Below are positions 12,679-26,549 of a DNA stretch of 64,000 nucleotides, in pieces; position 1 is the stretch's first letter, and every line of letters starts with the position of its first letter. This DNA comes from Octopus sinensis (taxonomy: Eukaryota), in assembly GCF_006345805.1 (NCBI RefSeq), contig NC_043024.1:20026001-20090000 (forward strand), in the 5' to 3' direction. Under the pieces are notes generated by a model that did not search any database, had not been told where the DNA came from, and was given only the letters and a program-made list of their open reading frames with translations. The position numbers were made by a program, and so were the translations under genes.

Positions 12679-13140
12679 TACTTTGATACTTTGATACTTT
12701 GATAGGTTTCGGCCATTATTGGCCCAGGCCATGTCTAACTTAATAGCACCACCTGGTGAAGTCTTTCAAGTCAGAATTTGGGCACTATGGCCCACTCAAG
12801 TAGAGAGTTATTGTTTACAGAGAAATATCCGGGTGTAGGGGGTTTATCCGGGATTTCTTGAAGGAATCTGTCCAAAGACTTCTTGAACCCTATAGGGTCA
12901 GTTTCTGTTTAATGTGTTTTGGTGTAATGTTAAGAGAGCGGGGCCAATTGAGGTGAAATAATTGTGCCGTATTGTGTGTTATGAGATGAGAGTGCGATTT
13001 TTGTTTTGGGCGGATGGCACGGCCCAAGCCTTGGATGTACCTTAAAGGTGATGCCAACATCATTGGGCAATGCTGATGGAATATTTTCCACATCATGCAG
13101 ATGAGTAGCGCTCACGACGACGTTGGAGAGAATAGAGTTT
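12679..13140 (-). mobile_element. CR1/L2-type LINE 3' fragment
   Basis: Across frameshifts reads LYSLQRRRERY..WKIF..PN, IRHNYFTSIGP, FKKSLDRFLQEIPDKP; ends in (TATCAAAG)x3. Confidence 0.8.
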
Positions 13141-13146
13141 TAGCTT

Positions 13147-13177
<31 letters not shown>

Positions 13178-13357
13178 ATTATGTATATATATATGTGTGT
13201 GTGTATATATATATATTATATGTATGTATGTATAATATGTACATACATACATACATATATATTATATATACACACACATATATATATACATATATATATA
13301 CATACACACACACACCACCAAAAGCACCACACACACATCGGCACACACACCACACAC

Positions 13358-13404
<47 letters not shown>

Positions 13405-14008
13405 AAAAGTAGAGCAGTCTTTTCTGAAGTTCAATCAACAAGTGACTTTATTTTCTTTATCCTTTGCCACCGACGTGCTTTGTATCTTCGTTAGAAATCA
13501 ACCACCTTCCTTAAAGGTGGAGAAAATGTTGAGAAAAACACAACCACCCATTCATACTTACATAGAAGCCATGACTTGCACCGGTGTATATGAAAGACAA
13601 GACGCGCTATATTATCATTAAATCAAATAGAAACAACAGTTTTGATAAGCTGATATCGTAAAATATTTTTTATGATATGTGTGTCCCAATAAACACAGAA
13701 GTGACTCACAATACGTCGAGGCTAAACAGACGATGTTATCTGAAATATAGTAGATGGGAATTATCTCTTTCTACTTGTAATAGTGCGTAGGGGTTTCATT
13801 TTATCTTCAAAAAATACACAGAACACAGATACGCACATAAACTTGCAGAGACTCGATTTTATGCATATACGTGGATATACATTCATGTATGCACACCCAT
13901 CCCACCTATATATATATATAGTATATATTATATATATATATATAATGTATGTATGTATGTATATAGGAACATTTTTGCTTGTTAATTTATAGAATATCTA
14001 TATTTAAA

Positions 14009-14576
14009 CAGGGGCTGGACAAAATAATGGAAATACCTAGCATCATAGCATAATAATTTTGAAATATTTATAAAATCGTCAAGATATTTTTATGTTTTTT
14101 TTATTATTAGTGTTGCTTAATATATTTTGTTAAAAATGCTCTTTCTTTTCCAATATCACCAGAAAAAGGTAATTAAAATTCTTTAAAATGAGAAATCTAT
14201 ATGAATTTCAAAGAAGGTCAAACTGTTGGTGCTTGTATAGCAGGTGCTAGCGTAAAGAAAACAGGCAAAATGTTTGGTGTATCAAGAAGTACTGCCTCAA
14301 AAGTAATGACAGCCTTTGCGAAAGTGGGAAAAACCTCTTCGTCGAAGCAAAACTCCGGAGGAAAACCAAAACTTTCAGATAGGGACCGTGGGACTCTTAC
14401 ACGAATTGTTAGAATGCATCACAAAAGTACAGCTCCCAAAATTACTTCAGAGCTTAATGACCCCCTCAAGAACCCAGTTTCCAGAAAAAATGTTTGCACA
14501 AAGCTGCACAAAGCCGGATATTAAAATAAATTTGTTTGAAACTTTAAGGTGTTTCCATTATTTTGTCCAACCTCTG
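14009..14576 (+). mobile_element. Internally deleted Tc1 element retaining both TIRs and the N-terminal DNA-binding ORF (14201-14524)
   Basis: ~30-bp TIRs CAGGGGCTGGACAAAATAATGGAAATACCT and AGGTGTTTCCATTATTTTGTCCAACCTCTG; ORF has a paired-like HTH and a GGKPKLS linker; no DDE domain. Confidence 0.9.
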
Positions 14577-15431
14577 TATATAATTTTACAATTTGGTTTT
14601 TAGATATAGTAAGTTCTTTGTTAACTCCGGTGGGAAGATTTGTTAAAATTTCCTTGTTATCTCCTCTGTAGAACTTTCTCTCGTTTGTCAGTGGCGATTT
14701 CCAGACTAGAGTTGCTTTGAACTTGCTGTGTGATTGTATATGTAAGACATTTGATAGTATCTGCGTTGGGTTTGATTTTGTTATTAAGTGTAGTAGATAA
14801 TGAGTGTTGATAAACAAGAGCTGAAAGAAAACAGTAAATGGTAAAAACAAGATAATGGATTGAGTGTGGAGTTGGAAGGCGGTGGGTGTTTAAGGTGTGT
14901 TTTGTGAAGGGCCTGTGAAAGGGAACTCTTGCTGGTTCCATTTGAATAGTGAAGTTAGCTGAAAAATATAATGGTCAGATGTTCCTCAAATTCTCTTACG
15001 GCTGAATCAACTATCTTAATTTCATAAAGAGAAGCTTCAGTAATTTTCTATGTTGAAGATGACTTTAAGTGTGTGACTGGGCGTTAATGATGTTTAAGAG
15101 AATAACTTTTGATAAAAATAAAAAGGGACGATAGTAGACGGAAAAAATGTAAGGTTAGTATTGCAATGTTTGTTGATAGAAATGTCCTTTTTTATATTGC
15201 TTTGGGAGGGGAGGTGGGGTGAGATCATGCTAGGTCACATTTTTACTTCTTTACATATAAGCAAAAAATATCTAAAAATCAAACTAAAATTGTATTATTA
15301 GAAAATTAACTTGATTAGAACTACACGTGAAGTCATTCAATTCCTTTTTTCAAATATACGTAATCGTACCAGGATTTCACACTTTTAAAACACACACACA
15401 CACACACCACAAACACACCACCCACCACACC

Positions 15432-15465
<34 letters not shown>

Positions 15466-15569
15466 ATATATAGTATATGATATATATATAACAATTTAAT
15501 TAAATAAAACCTTGCTTACATACACACATATATGTACATACCTTCATCTATATGTATATTACATGCATA

Positions 15570-15925
15570 TATGAGTACAGGACACCACAAATAAACGTAG
15601 AACACAACGAGAAACGAAAACATAAATCCAAACAAGGAAACGGACTGTTTTTTAACAACGAAAAAACAGAGTACAAGACAAACAGCAGAGGGAACATTCC
15701 CCTTCTTCAGCTGCTCCTGTTTCGACACAATGCGTGTTTCCAAGGTAAGGGCAGAACACGGCCACGTCAAAGCAATCCTTCCCACAAAATGAATTAAGTA
15801 AAAAAATTTTGCGGAGGGGTAAAAAAAGTGACAAGAACAGGACTTAAAAGCAATACAAATGAAGAAAAAAACTGTACAAATAAAGATAAAAACAGTAAAA
15901 GACAGGACAAGGAAACCAACAATAA
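15570..15925. repeat. Unclassified interspersed repeat between TA tracts
   Basis: Its left end GTACAGGAC resembles the arm of the hairpin at 36452; no class assigned. Confidence 0.35.
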
Positions 15926-16231
15926 GGGCTTTATATATATATATATATATCTGTGTGTGAGAGTGAATCTGTATGTATATATATTAATTTGATATTTTGG
16001 CCCAAGGCCAACAACTTCAGATTAGGAGTTTGTCGAATACATCAACCCCAGTGCTCAGCTGGTACATATCTTAACGACCAAGAAATAATGAAAAGACGAC
16101 CTGGATGTAACTTGAACTCGGATGGTAAAGACCGATGAAAACGATATGAAACTAAGTAGTTTGTCCGGCGTGTAACGATTGTGGCATCTCACCTCATGCA
16201 TGCATATACATACATAAATACATCCACCCCC

Positions 16232-16268
<37 letters not shown>

Positions 16269-16684
16269 TAAGAAATTAGAAAAGGAAAATACGCACACTT
16301 ACATGGTTTTAATATAATTTTTAATATATCGACCGGTTTCGCTATCGCTATTCACGATATAATGTTTAATTTATATGAATATATATTTTTTCTTAGAAGA
16401 TGTATTAGATGTATTAGTGTTCAGCTTTTTGCCGAATGACCTCCGGCACCAAATGAATTGTTTATAATGACCAAATGTTCGTGCCGCACGTTAGCTCTCT
16501 CTCTCTTCATCAAATCTACGCTGCCTGAGAATGTACACGGTGTACTAGGCGTCAGGAGCCGAGTTGATCGCAGAAAAACGTGAGATGAAATGCTCTGCTC
16601 CAGACCACAACGGCCGACTTGGTCTAAGAGCTGAAACCACGATCTCGCGATATATATATATATATATATAGATATATATATATA

Positions 16685-16723
<39 letters not shown>

Positions 16724-16886
16724 AGAGTAAAGCATCGGCAGAGTTTCGATTACCTGTTGTTATCCGTAGATTTATTGCGGGACCTTCGTAGTGGTGGTTG
16801 GGGTAACAGAACGGGTCGAAACATATGTTGTACCCAATAACCTCTATTACACATTCTGTCCCTCCAATTTTATTAATATATATATA

Positions 16887-16928
<42 letters not shown>

Positions 16929-16931
<3 letters not shown>

Positions 16932-17141
16932 AAGTGAATCCAAACATGAAAACACAAAGATAACCACGAAAACGCGAGGACGTGGAACAAGTATAGAATT
17001 ATTGGACGCTCATGAAAAAGGAAAGAAGGAGGCTCAACGTTTCGAGCGGAGCTCTTCGTCGAAACATAGGAAAGGAAGATCCAAAGAAGGAAAGACGGAG
17101 GTAAAAAACTTGCCACGTACCACTCGGTTACATTTTGAATG
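16929..17141 (-). mobile_element. Short Penelope-like element, family P2, with degenerate hammerhead-like motif
   Basis: Minus strand TCGACGA-a-GAGC(tcc)GCTC-GAAAC-GTT at about 17036-17062; (TA)n on both sides. Confidence 0.5.
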
Positions 17142-17147
17142 ATATAT

Positions 17148-17193
<46 letters not shown>

Positions 17194-17647
17194 CATGTAA
17201 TGAACCTAGCATATTCCATCTGTTGCCATCCTAACACATTTGTACATTAACATACTTAACTGAAGATATATCATGTTTTATAAGCTGATCGCATTACCTC
17301 GCAAGTTTTTAAGTTCGTGCGAAATGTTTTCTGATTTCAAGGAGATAGATTTAAAAAAAAAAAACATACGCAAACAAATTATATGTGGAGCATTAATCCT
17401 ACCTTCTTAGATCGTATTAACACATTCCGTCCGGATTAATTGATTTTTGATCAACATCTCTTTCTCAAAGACCAATATAATTATATATATATTAATCCCA
17501 ACAGTCACAAACACAAACACTCATACACATTATCATAGATCCTGTATTCGTCTTCAATGATAATTATCATGAAGAAATTAGTAGGTAAGCTTTTTTTTTA
17601 GTTAATTATATAAAACGAAATACATTTATTGGTTTTGTGGTCTATAC

Positions 17648-18073
17648 GCGCAGGAGTGGCTGTGTGGTAAGTAGCTTTCTAACCAACCACATGGTTCCGG
17701 GTTCAGTCCCACTGCGTGACATCTTGGCCAAGTGTCTTCTGCTATAGCCCCGGGCCGACCAATGCCTTGTGAGTGGATTTGGTAGACGGAAACTAAAAGA
17801 AGTCTGTCGTATATATGTATGTATATATATATATAAGTGTGTGTGTGTATATGTTTGTGTGTCTGTGTTTGTCCCGCTAGCATTGCTTGACAAACGATGC
17901 TGGTGTGTTTACGTCCCCGTCACTTAGCGGTTCGGCAAAAGAGATAGAATAAGTACTGGGCTTACAAAGAATAAGTCCCGGGGTCGATTTGATCGACTAA
18001 AGGCGGTGCTCCAGCATGGCCGCAGTCAAATGACTGAAACAAGTAAAAGAGTAAAGAGTAAAGAGTAAAGAGT
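17648..18073 (+). mobile_element. SINE family A, well preserved
   Basis: A/B boxes, CORE-like segment, GGCGGTGCTCCAGCATGGCCGCAGTCAAATGACTGAAAC and (GAGTAAA)n tail. Confidence 0.9.
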
Positions 18074-19208
18074 ATACACGTGGCGAGTATGTTTTTATAT
18101 GAAACTGTTAGATTATTCCACCGGCTTTTCTCTCTCTCGCATCTTGAATAGTAATTTATTCTATATTATATCGACCGTGAATGAACAAAAGGTATAGTTG
18201 ATCTCATGGGATTTGAACTCAGCCGTAAAAAAGGATTTAACTAATTCTCGGTTTTCCACTGATTTATCAATCCTGCACAGTAGTATTTCACTGGAATAAC
18301 AACATCTGACACCAGGTCTGTTATGTTTGTGAGTCCATACAATACCATATTGATTTTTTAGTAAAAGGTCATGTGATCCTGGTTATATTGTAAATGGAAA
18401 TCAATACACGTTGATCACGTATGGGATGTATAGGAATATAGACATGTCAGCTCAGTATTGACCTGGGGCTATAGAGCACTAACATGAGTCGGCACAATTG
18501 ATCATCGTGATCTTTGGCCTGAGCGTAAACAACATCAACCACGAAAACAATAGCAGCAACGATGTTAGCTACGGTCGATCAGATTTGACCTTTGACTTGA
18601 TACTGAAAATATAAACGCCAACAATAGGCTTTTCTACTTAAACGACGGCCTGTGGTTAAACAATGCGAAAAACAGCAGGTATATACGATTAGAGCTGATC
18701 TGTGCTCCGGATGTAAAAAACAAACGTAACAACAGTAACAATATTATTATTTATAGACGTTCATCTTTAATTACTGATCTGCTGTTAAGCACTTGGTCAA
18801 GCAGGTTTGGGTTACCTAGGGCTAAACCTCAAAATCAGGATAATAAATGAAAATTTTATCATATAAATTTTATCATTTTATAAAAAATTATTATATCAAA
18901 AAGCTCCATTTGCTCCCACCCCCTCTATCAGTATATTTATTTATTTGTTGATTAATTGATTGATTTACGAAGCTTGGAAAAATCGATATAAAATATTGGT
19001 TTCAAATTTTGGTACAAGGCCAGCGATTTGATAGGGGGGGTTTAAATCAATATTATAAACCCCAGTGCTTGACTGGTACTTATTTATCGTCCCTTAAAGG
19101 AAGGAAAGCAATATCTATCTCGACTGAATTTGAAATCTGAATATAAAGAAGGACTAATTACCGCAAAGCAATGAAATCGTTCTGCATGCTCTCGTACAGT
19201 CTCCTTAT

Positions 19209-19398
19209 GGGGGGAGCACTCCGTCGGTTACGACGACGAGGGTCCCAGCTGACAACGATCAACGGAACAGCTTGCTCGTGAAATTAACGTACAAGTGGTT
19301 GAGCAATCCCCAGACACGCGTACCACTAACGTAGTTCTCAGGGAGATTCAGCGTGACACAAAGTGTGACAAGGCTGGCCCTTTGAAATACGGTAACCA
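19209..19398 (+). mobile_element. Interspersed repeat family C (probably a SINE 3' part), cut by the gap
   Basis: Similar to 43018-43180 (GCACTCCGTCG..GATCAACGGAACAGC..GTGTGACAAGGCTGG). Confidence 0.65.
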
Positions 19399-19498
19399 NN
19401 NNNNNNNNNNNNNNNNNNNNNNNNNNNNNNNNNNNNNNNNNNNNNNNNNNNNNNNNNNNNNNNNNNNNNNNNNNNNNNNNNNNNNNNNNNNNNNNNNN
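19399..19498. other. Assembly gap (100 N)
   Basis: Run of N. Confidence 1.
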
Positions 19499-19650
19499 TA
19501 ATTCATTACGAGAAAAAACAAAAAAAGAAAACATTATTGAGACAAATTTAGGACGGAAGAGAGTTTGTGTTTAGTTTTAAAGTAGATGACTGCGTAGATG
19601 TACGAGGTCTGGTAGTATATATGTAAATGTATGTGTGTGTGTTCATGTAT

Positions 19651-19708
<58 letters not shown>

Positions 19709-21377
19709 TGTATACATGTATATATGTATGTATGTATGTATTATGTATATACATTTGTACAGATAAAAACAGTATATATGTATTTATGTACATAGGTATG
19801 TGTGCGTGTGTATCTATATATTTATATATAAATATATGCAGTTATACGTGTATTTAAGTATGTATGTATGTATGTATGTATGAATGGAGATATGTGTGTG
19901 TGCGTGTGCGTGTGTATGTGTGTGTGTTTTTGTATGTATGCTTATTTAAATATTTTTTCTGTGTGATGATATTTCTTTCTTCTATAAACGAAAAATACGT
20001 ACCTTTTCTACGTGTATCTACACTCGTATGAGATGTAGATTATCGCCCATCGGATACGGTGTTCGCTTCAAGAGGTTTCCGATTCAATCCAATTATTAGT
20101 CCTAGTTAATAACTCAACCAATTATTTTATATAAACAGCTCATTCCCTTGCGTTTACCGTGGCATACATTTTTGAATCTAAAACCTATAGATTCATTCAA
20201 CAGTACAGTATATCAACTAAAACGAAACAATACAGTGTAATTTTTGAGTAAATTGACATGTGAAATAAGTGGATCTTCGTCGGTTCTCGACGATTAGAAT
20301 TCACTTTTGAGATTAACTGTAATATATTCTCGTTCACTGTCCGTGTATATGGTCGCGTATTCCACAAATTCTAATTTACTTCATTCGGAGGACGAATCTA
20401 CATAATTTCGTGTGCGTGACAAAACTGAAAGCTTTAATGACGAAAGCATACCGTTAACAGTCAACACTCAATAGACTTAATCCCTTTGTCTGTCCTTGTT
20501 TGTTCCTTGTTTAGCCCCTTGTGGGCAATAACGATATAAGAAATTATAGGGGTTTGTTATGTAGACGCAAGGCATGGATTTTTCGAAGTGGAGTAGTCGA
20601 TTTCTTAGACCTCAATATTTAAATGGTACTTTACTACTATGATTAACAGGAAAGTTATCGTCGTTGGAAGATGAACTCAGAAATTAAAGAATCAGAAGGA
20701 ACGCCACATAGCATTTTCGGTGCTCCAACGGTTGAGCTAGTTCGTGGGATTGATACCTCATACACTGCCAGAAATTTTATTATGCTACTCACTAAATCTA
20801 TTTTGCTGACAAGCAAACGACGTATTCATTGTTTAATAAAACACATCAAACAAACGATCGATTACGTAGTTTGTTACATATTTAACCAAACGAATAACAA
20901 TAGGGAACTGATATTGAACCAGTGCGTGTGTTACCACTTTTCCCATAATGATCCATCCAAGACACATCTGTTTCAGCACACCAGTTGGTATCGAGAATCT
21001 TACAAATGAAATACAGAAACGAAAGATATTTTGTTTTGTATAACAAATCATGTTATTCTAAACTAAATATTTTATTTCTAAACCAGAAGTCAGCTGTTTT
21101 AGAAATGATAAATTAGGAAACATATAAGACAAAAAAAGCGTTTTTAAAAAAGCACAGCAGAGCTGAATGTTACTTTACGTCCATCCTCTCTATTTGTATA
21201 CTTTTGGTATAGTATTTATATTTTTTCACATTAAACACATATGAACATGCGCAGATGCATTCGTTCTTTGTGAATCAACGTTTTTGAACCAACCTAAGAG
21301 TGCTGACATATTCTGACAGCCGAAATCTCGTTTAGCATTTTCCCCAGCGGTCTAACGATTCTGGCAGCTTGCAGTCT

Positions 21378-21388
21378 TAATAATAATA

Positions 21389-21464
<76 letters not shown>

Positions 21465-21634
21465 TGATAATAATAATGATAATAATAATGATAATAATAA
21501 TGATAATAAAAATAATAGTGATGATAATAATAATAATAATTATAATAATAACGATGATGATAATAATAATAATAATAATAATAATGATAATAATAATAAT
21601 AGTGATGATGATAATAATAATAATAATAATAATG

Positions 21635-21680
<46 letters not shown>

Positions 21681-22009
21681 TAATAATAATAGTAATAAAT
21701 ATAATGATAAAATAATAATAATAAATATAATAATATAGCGATGTTGATGAATAATAATGATTTAATAATAATAACACTAATAATAAAATAATAATTAATA
21801 TAATATAATAATGATAATATAATAATAGTGATGATAATAATAATGAATAATAATAATAATAATAATGACAATAATGATAATAAAATAATAATAGTGATGA
21901 TAATAATAATAATAATAATAATAATAATATAATAAAACGATGATGATAATAATAATAATAATGATAAAATAATATAATAATAGTGATGATGATAATAATA
22001 ATAATAATC

Positions 22010-22048
<39 letters not shown>

Positions 22049-22087
22049 TTAATAATAATAATAATGATAATAATAATAATAGTGATG

Positions 22088-22123
<36 letters not shown>

Positions 22124-22164
22124 TAATAATGACAATAATGATAATAAAAATAATAATAGTGATG

Positions 22165-22226
<62 letters not shown>

Positions 22227-22301
22227 GATGATGATAATAATAATAATAATGATAATAATAATATAATAATAATAGTGATGATGATAATAATAATAATAAT
22301 C

Positions 22302-22375
<74 letters not shown>

Positions 22376-22388
22376 AAGAAGAAGAAGA
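21378..22388. repeat. ~1-kb imperfect (TAA)n tract ending in (GAA)n
   Basis: Direct inspection; recurring ATAGTGATGAT interruptions. Confidence 0.95.
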
Positions 22389-22398
22389 ATGATAATTC

Positions 22399-22631
22399 GG
22401 CATGATAAATATAACGTTCAGACATGCATAACATATATAACAAAAGCACCATGACTAACAAGAAAATATAACTATATAGAAAATAGTACTACTGTGTACC
22501 GAAAATATCCTACGTAAAACACTTTCAATACAGTGAAAATAAGAGCCACCAAAAAACCGCAGCAGATACCCAAAGAACACAGAGCTGCGATCGGTAGTGC
22601 AGTGAAAGCACGTGATAAAAATAAGACTACT
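22399..22631 (+). mobile_element. Extreme 3' end of an R4/Dong-type LINE
   Basis: KIVLLCTENILRKTLSIQ* resembles the C-termini at 9.0 kb (KTVLLETTRILR) and 23.4 kb (PALLGTAYKLRKVLSV*); a short 3' UTR runs into (TAA)n. Confidence 0.65.
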
Positions 22632-22648
22632 AATAATAATAATAATAA

Positions 22649-22690
<42 letters not shown>

Positions 22691-22860
22691 TAATAATATA
22701 ATAATAATGATAATAATAAAAATAATAATAAAATAAAAATAATAATAATAATAATGAATAATAATAATAATAATAATAAGAAGAAGAAGAAGAAGAAGAA
22801 AAGAAGAAGAAGAAGAAGAAGAAGAAGAAGAAGAAGAAGAAGAAGAAGAAGAAGAAGAAG

Positions 22861-23460
22861 AAATGCAGATTCTGTGGATAGTGTGTGGAAATTGTGACCC
22901 ACTTGGTAAGTGGAAGCGAGATCCTTGCACAAAAAGAATACAAGCGCCTCCACGATAAAATGTGCATGTATCTTTATTGGCTCTTATTGCCGTAAATACA
23001 TATATGAAGTAACAGAGAACTGGTATGAGTGTGTAGCAAGTAAAGTTTTGCAGGGGGGGGGGTGAAAAAGTAACGATATACTAGGACTATGATTTTTAGA
23101 CAGATCGTGTAATCAAACACCGTCGGCCGGATATTGTCATATTGAATAAGAGAGACAAATACTGTCATATCATTGATGTAGCCATACCAAATTACGTGAA
23201 GGTTGTGTGTAAAGAGGTTGCAAATATCACCAAGTACGCCGAATTGAAAGTGGAAATGGCAAGACTGTATGGAATACGAGAGAGTAATGTAAAAACGATA
23301 CTAGTGGTGATCGGAGCAACTGGAAATCCCAAGCAAAAACCAGCCTTATTGGGCACAGCGTACAAATTAAGGAAAGTATTATCTGTCTGAGGTCCTTGTT
23401 GTGACTTAAACAGATGACTAAATTCACTGAAGCATTTTTACCTACGGTGTGTTACAGAGG
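22861..23460 (+). mobile_element. R4/Dong-type LINE 3' fragment (CCHC knuckle plus PD-(D/E)xK endonuclease)
   Basis: KCRFCG..THLVSG..EYKRLHD; RRPDIVILNKRDKYCHIIDVAIP; VVIGATG; ends at AATAATAAT. Confidence 0.9.
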
Positions 23461-23719
23461 AATAATAATGATAATCCCTTTATACTATAGGCACAAGTCC
23501 TACAATTTTGTAATAAGTAGCTAGTCAATTACATCGGCAGCAGTTTCTGAAATGGCAATTAATATTTCAACACCGAAGGAATAAAATGAAAAAATAGACA
23601 TCGGTGGAATTTGAATTTAAAAAATTAAACGGTCAAGTAAGAGCAGCTAAGAAAATTCCTCCGTTTTGATAAACCTTCCAGAACCTCACCATCTACAAAA
23701 TGAGGATGATGATGATGAT

Positions 23720-23720
23720 G

Positions 23721-23777
<57 letters not shown>

Positions 23778-23886
23778 TTAATAAAATAATAATAATAATA
23801 ATAATATAATAATATAATAATAATAATAATAATAATAATAGTAATATAATAATAATAGTAATAATAATAGTAATATAATAATAATA

Positions 23887-23922
<36 letters not shown>

Positions 23923-23939
23923 GTAATAATATAATAATA

Positions 23940-23970
<31 letters not shown>

Positions 23971-24047
23971 TAGTAATAATGATAATAATAATAGTAATAA
24001 TAATTATAATAGTAATAAAAATAATAATAATAATAATAATAATATAT

Positions 24048-24111
<64 letters not shown>

Positions 24112-24172
24112 TAATAGTAATAATAATAATAATTATTATTATTATTATTATTGTTATTATTATTATTATTAT
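23720..24172. repeat. (TAA)n tract switching to (TTA)n near 24131
   Basis: Direct inspection. Confidence 0.9.
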
Positions 24173-24174
24173 TC

Positions 24175-24390
24175 GGGCGGCGAGTTGGCAGGATTGTTGG
24201 CATGCCGGGCGAAATGCTTAGAGATATTCCGTCCATCACTACGTTCTAAGTTCAAATCCCGCCGAGGTCGACTTTACCCGTCATTCTTTCGGTGGTCAAT
24301 TAAATAAGTACCAGTTACGCACTGGAGTCGATGTAATCGATTCATTTCCTTCCCCCAAACTGACATTGTGGCAAAAATTGAAATCTTTAT
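24175..24390 (+). mobile_element. SINE family B variant between (TTA)n tracts
   Basis: GGCGGCGAGTTGGCAG head, GTTCAAATCCC B-box, TAAGTACCAGTT body. Confidence 0.8.
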
Positions 24391-24466
24391 TATTATCATT
24401 AATATTATTATTATTATTATTATTATTATCATTGTTGTTATTATCATTATTATTATATTATTATTA

Positions 24467-24551
<85 letters not shown>

Positions 24552-24665
24552 CGTCGTGAGAGAAAGTGACTGATGATAGGTGATAGAGAAGAGGAAAGGT
24601 AAGAAAAAATAGAGGATAAGGAAGAAGAAAAAATTATGATGATGATGATGATGATGATGATGATA

Positions 24666-24715
<50 letters not shown>

Positions 24716-25240
24716 ATACCACGACCACGACTACGATATCGAAATGAAATTCGAAGCAAAAGTACAAACCAAATGATATTTACGATAGAAACGAAACAAT
24801 TAAAAAAAATACAAATTGAAATGAAATAGAAAAAAAAATGACAAGAAATTTTCTAAAGTGAAGAATCGAAATCTCAAGAGGGGTTTATCTGTAGATTATT
24901 CTATTCTCTTAAACATTCATTTGTACTTACCTACATCAAAATTTAAGAATTAATACATACACACACACACACACATATATATACATATATATATATATAT
25001 GTATATATATATATGTACATATATATATAGACATGTACAGGTATACATACATATGAATATATATTTACATATATATATTTGTATATTTATATACATATAT
25101 ATACATATAAATATATGTATGTATAAATATGTTCGTGTAAATATACATTTACACACACATATATTTGTATGTGCATGTATACATATATATGTATATATAT
25201 ATATATATGTATGCATATAATATACGTATATATATTATAT

Positions 25241-25283
<43 letters not shown>

Positions 25284-25922
25284 TATATATATATGTACGT
25301 ATTTATGTATATCTATATATACATGCTTTTATATGGAAAAACTATATAAGCGCATATATGATTATACGTATTTCATATGAGTGTTTGTATATATATATAC
25401 ACGCGCACACACGCATGCACACACACACATACGTAGATAACTTTCAATGAACTCATGAAAATATGTTTGCACATATGTATATATATATATATATGTACAT
25501 TTATGGGTATGTATATGAATATATAAATTTTCACAACGAAATTTTGTATAAACTGGCGTTGCAAGCAACGTTGGTACAGCAATGATTGTAACGGATCATT
25601 ACAGATCTGTTAAAGAATTTCTTTGTTATATTATTTCGATCATAATTTTCTCTTCGCCAAACCCACACAATCGTTTTACCGTTATATATTGAAGGACTTT
25701 TTCTACACTTTCAGAATTTCGGTATAGGTCTGGAATCCGATAGTGTTGATAGCCCAAAAGTCGGGTTGAGTGCTTCCCTGGAAATGTCCTACACTTTTTA
25801 CCCTACCAGAACCTAATATATATATATATAGGCATATAAAGTTAGTGATATATATATCTACACAGACACACACCACACACACACACACATACACACACAC
25901 AATCACATATATTATATATATA

Positions 25923-26115
25923 GGGAGAGTTTACGAAAAAAAACAAAAGAAGAAGACAGGTGGTGTACAAAACAAACAGATGTATTCGTATAACGCTCAG
26001 GAATACAAAAAGTATTTTACGTTTCAAGCCTACGCTCTTCAGCAGAAAGGGACACAGAAAAAACAAGGAGAGAAATAAATGTGTGTAGTGGCTAACGATC
26101 TATGATGGCGACTGA
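25923..26115 (-). mobile_element. Family P1 element with hammerhead-like fold
   Basis: CTGCTGA core at 26045-26039, GAGC/GCTT stem II, GAAAC-GTA; TA tracts on both sides. Confidence 0.6.
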
Positions 26116-26130
26116 TATATATATATATAT

Positions 26131-26549
26131 ACTCTTTACTTGTTTCAGTCATTTGACTGCGGCCATGCTGGAGCACCGCCTTTAATCGAGCAACTCGACC
26201 CTGGGACTTATTCTTTTGTAAGCTCAGTACTTATTCTATCCGTCTCTTTTGCCGAACCGCTAAGTAACGGGGACATAAACACACCAGCATCGGTTGTCAA
26301 GCAATACTAGGGGACAAACACAGACACACAAACACAACATTCAATATAATATATATTATATATATATATATATATATATTATACATATACACGACGGGCT
26401 CCTTCAGTTTCGTCTACCAAATCCACTCACAAGGCTTTGGTCGGCCCGAGGCTATAGTAGAAGACACTTGCCCAAGGTGCCACGCAGTGGGACCGAACCC
26501 GGAACCATGTACGTGGTAGACAAGCTACTTACCACACAGCCACTCCTGC
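26131..26549 (-). mobile_element. SINE family A
   Basis: Full-length similarity to other A copies. Confidence 0.9.

Noticed and set aside
13562-13606. Minus-strand 45-nt exon RVLSFIYTGASHGFY (BTB-like FIYTG)
   Set aside because: Weak acceptor; motif too short.
15690-15760. Further hammerhead candidates here, at 16330-16345, near 27990 and at 47805
   Set aside because: Core and stems are incomplete or in the wrong order.
18360-18600. CDPGY (sushi/EGF-like) peptide and DR1-like TGACCTTTGACTT site
   Set aside because: Isolated short motifs likely by chance in 64 kb.
19259-19534. ORFs spanning the N run
   Set aside because: Artefacts of the assembly gap.
25715-25816. Plus-strand terminal exon candidate after a strong acceptor
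   Set aside because: 33 open codons are expected by chance; no homology.
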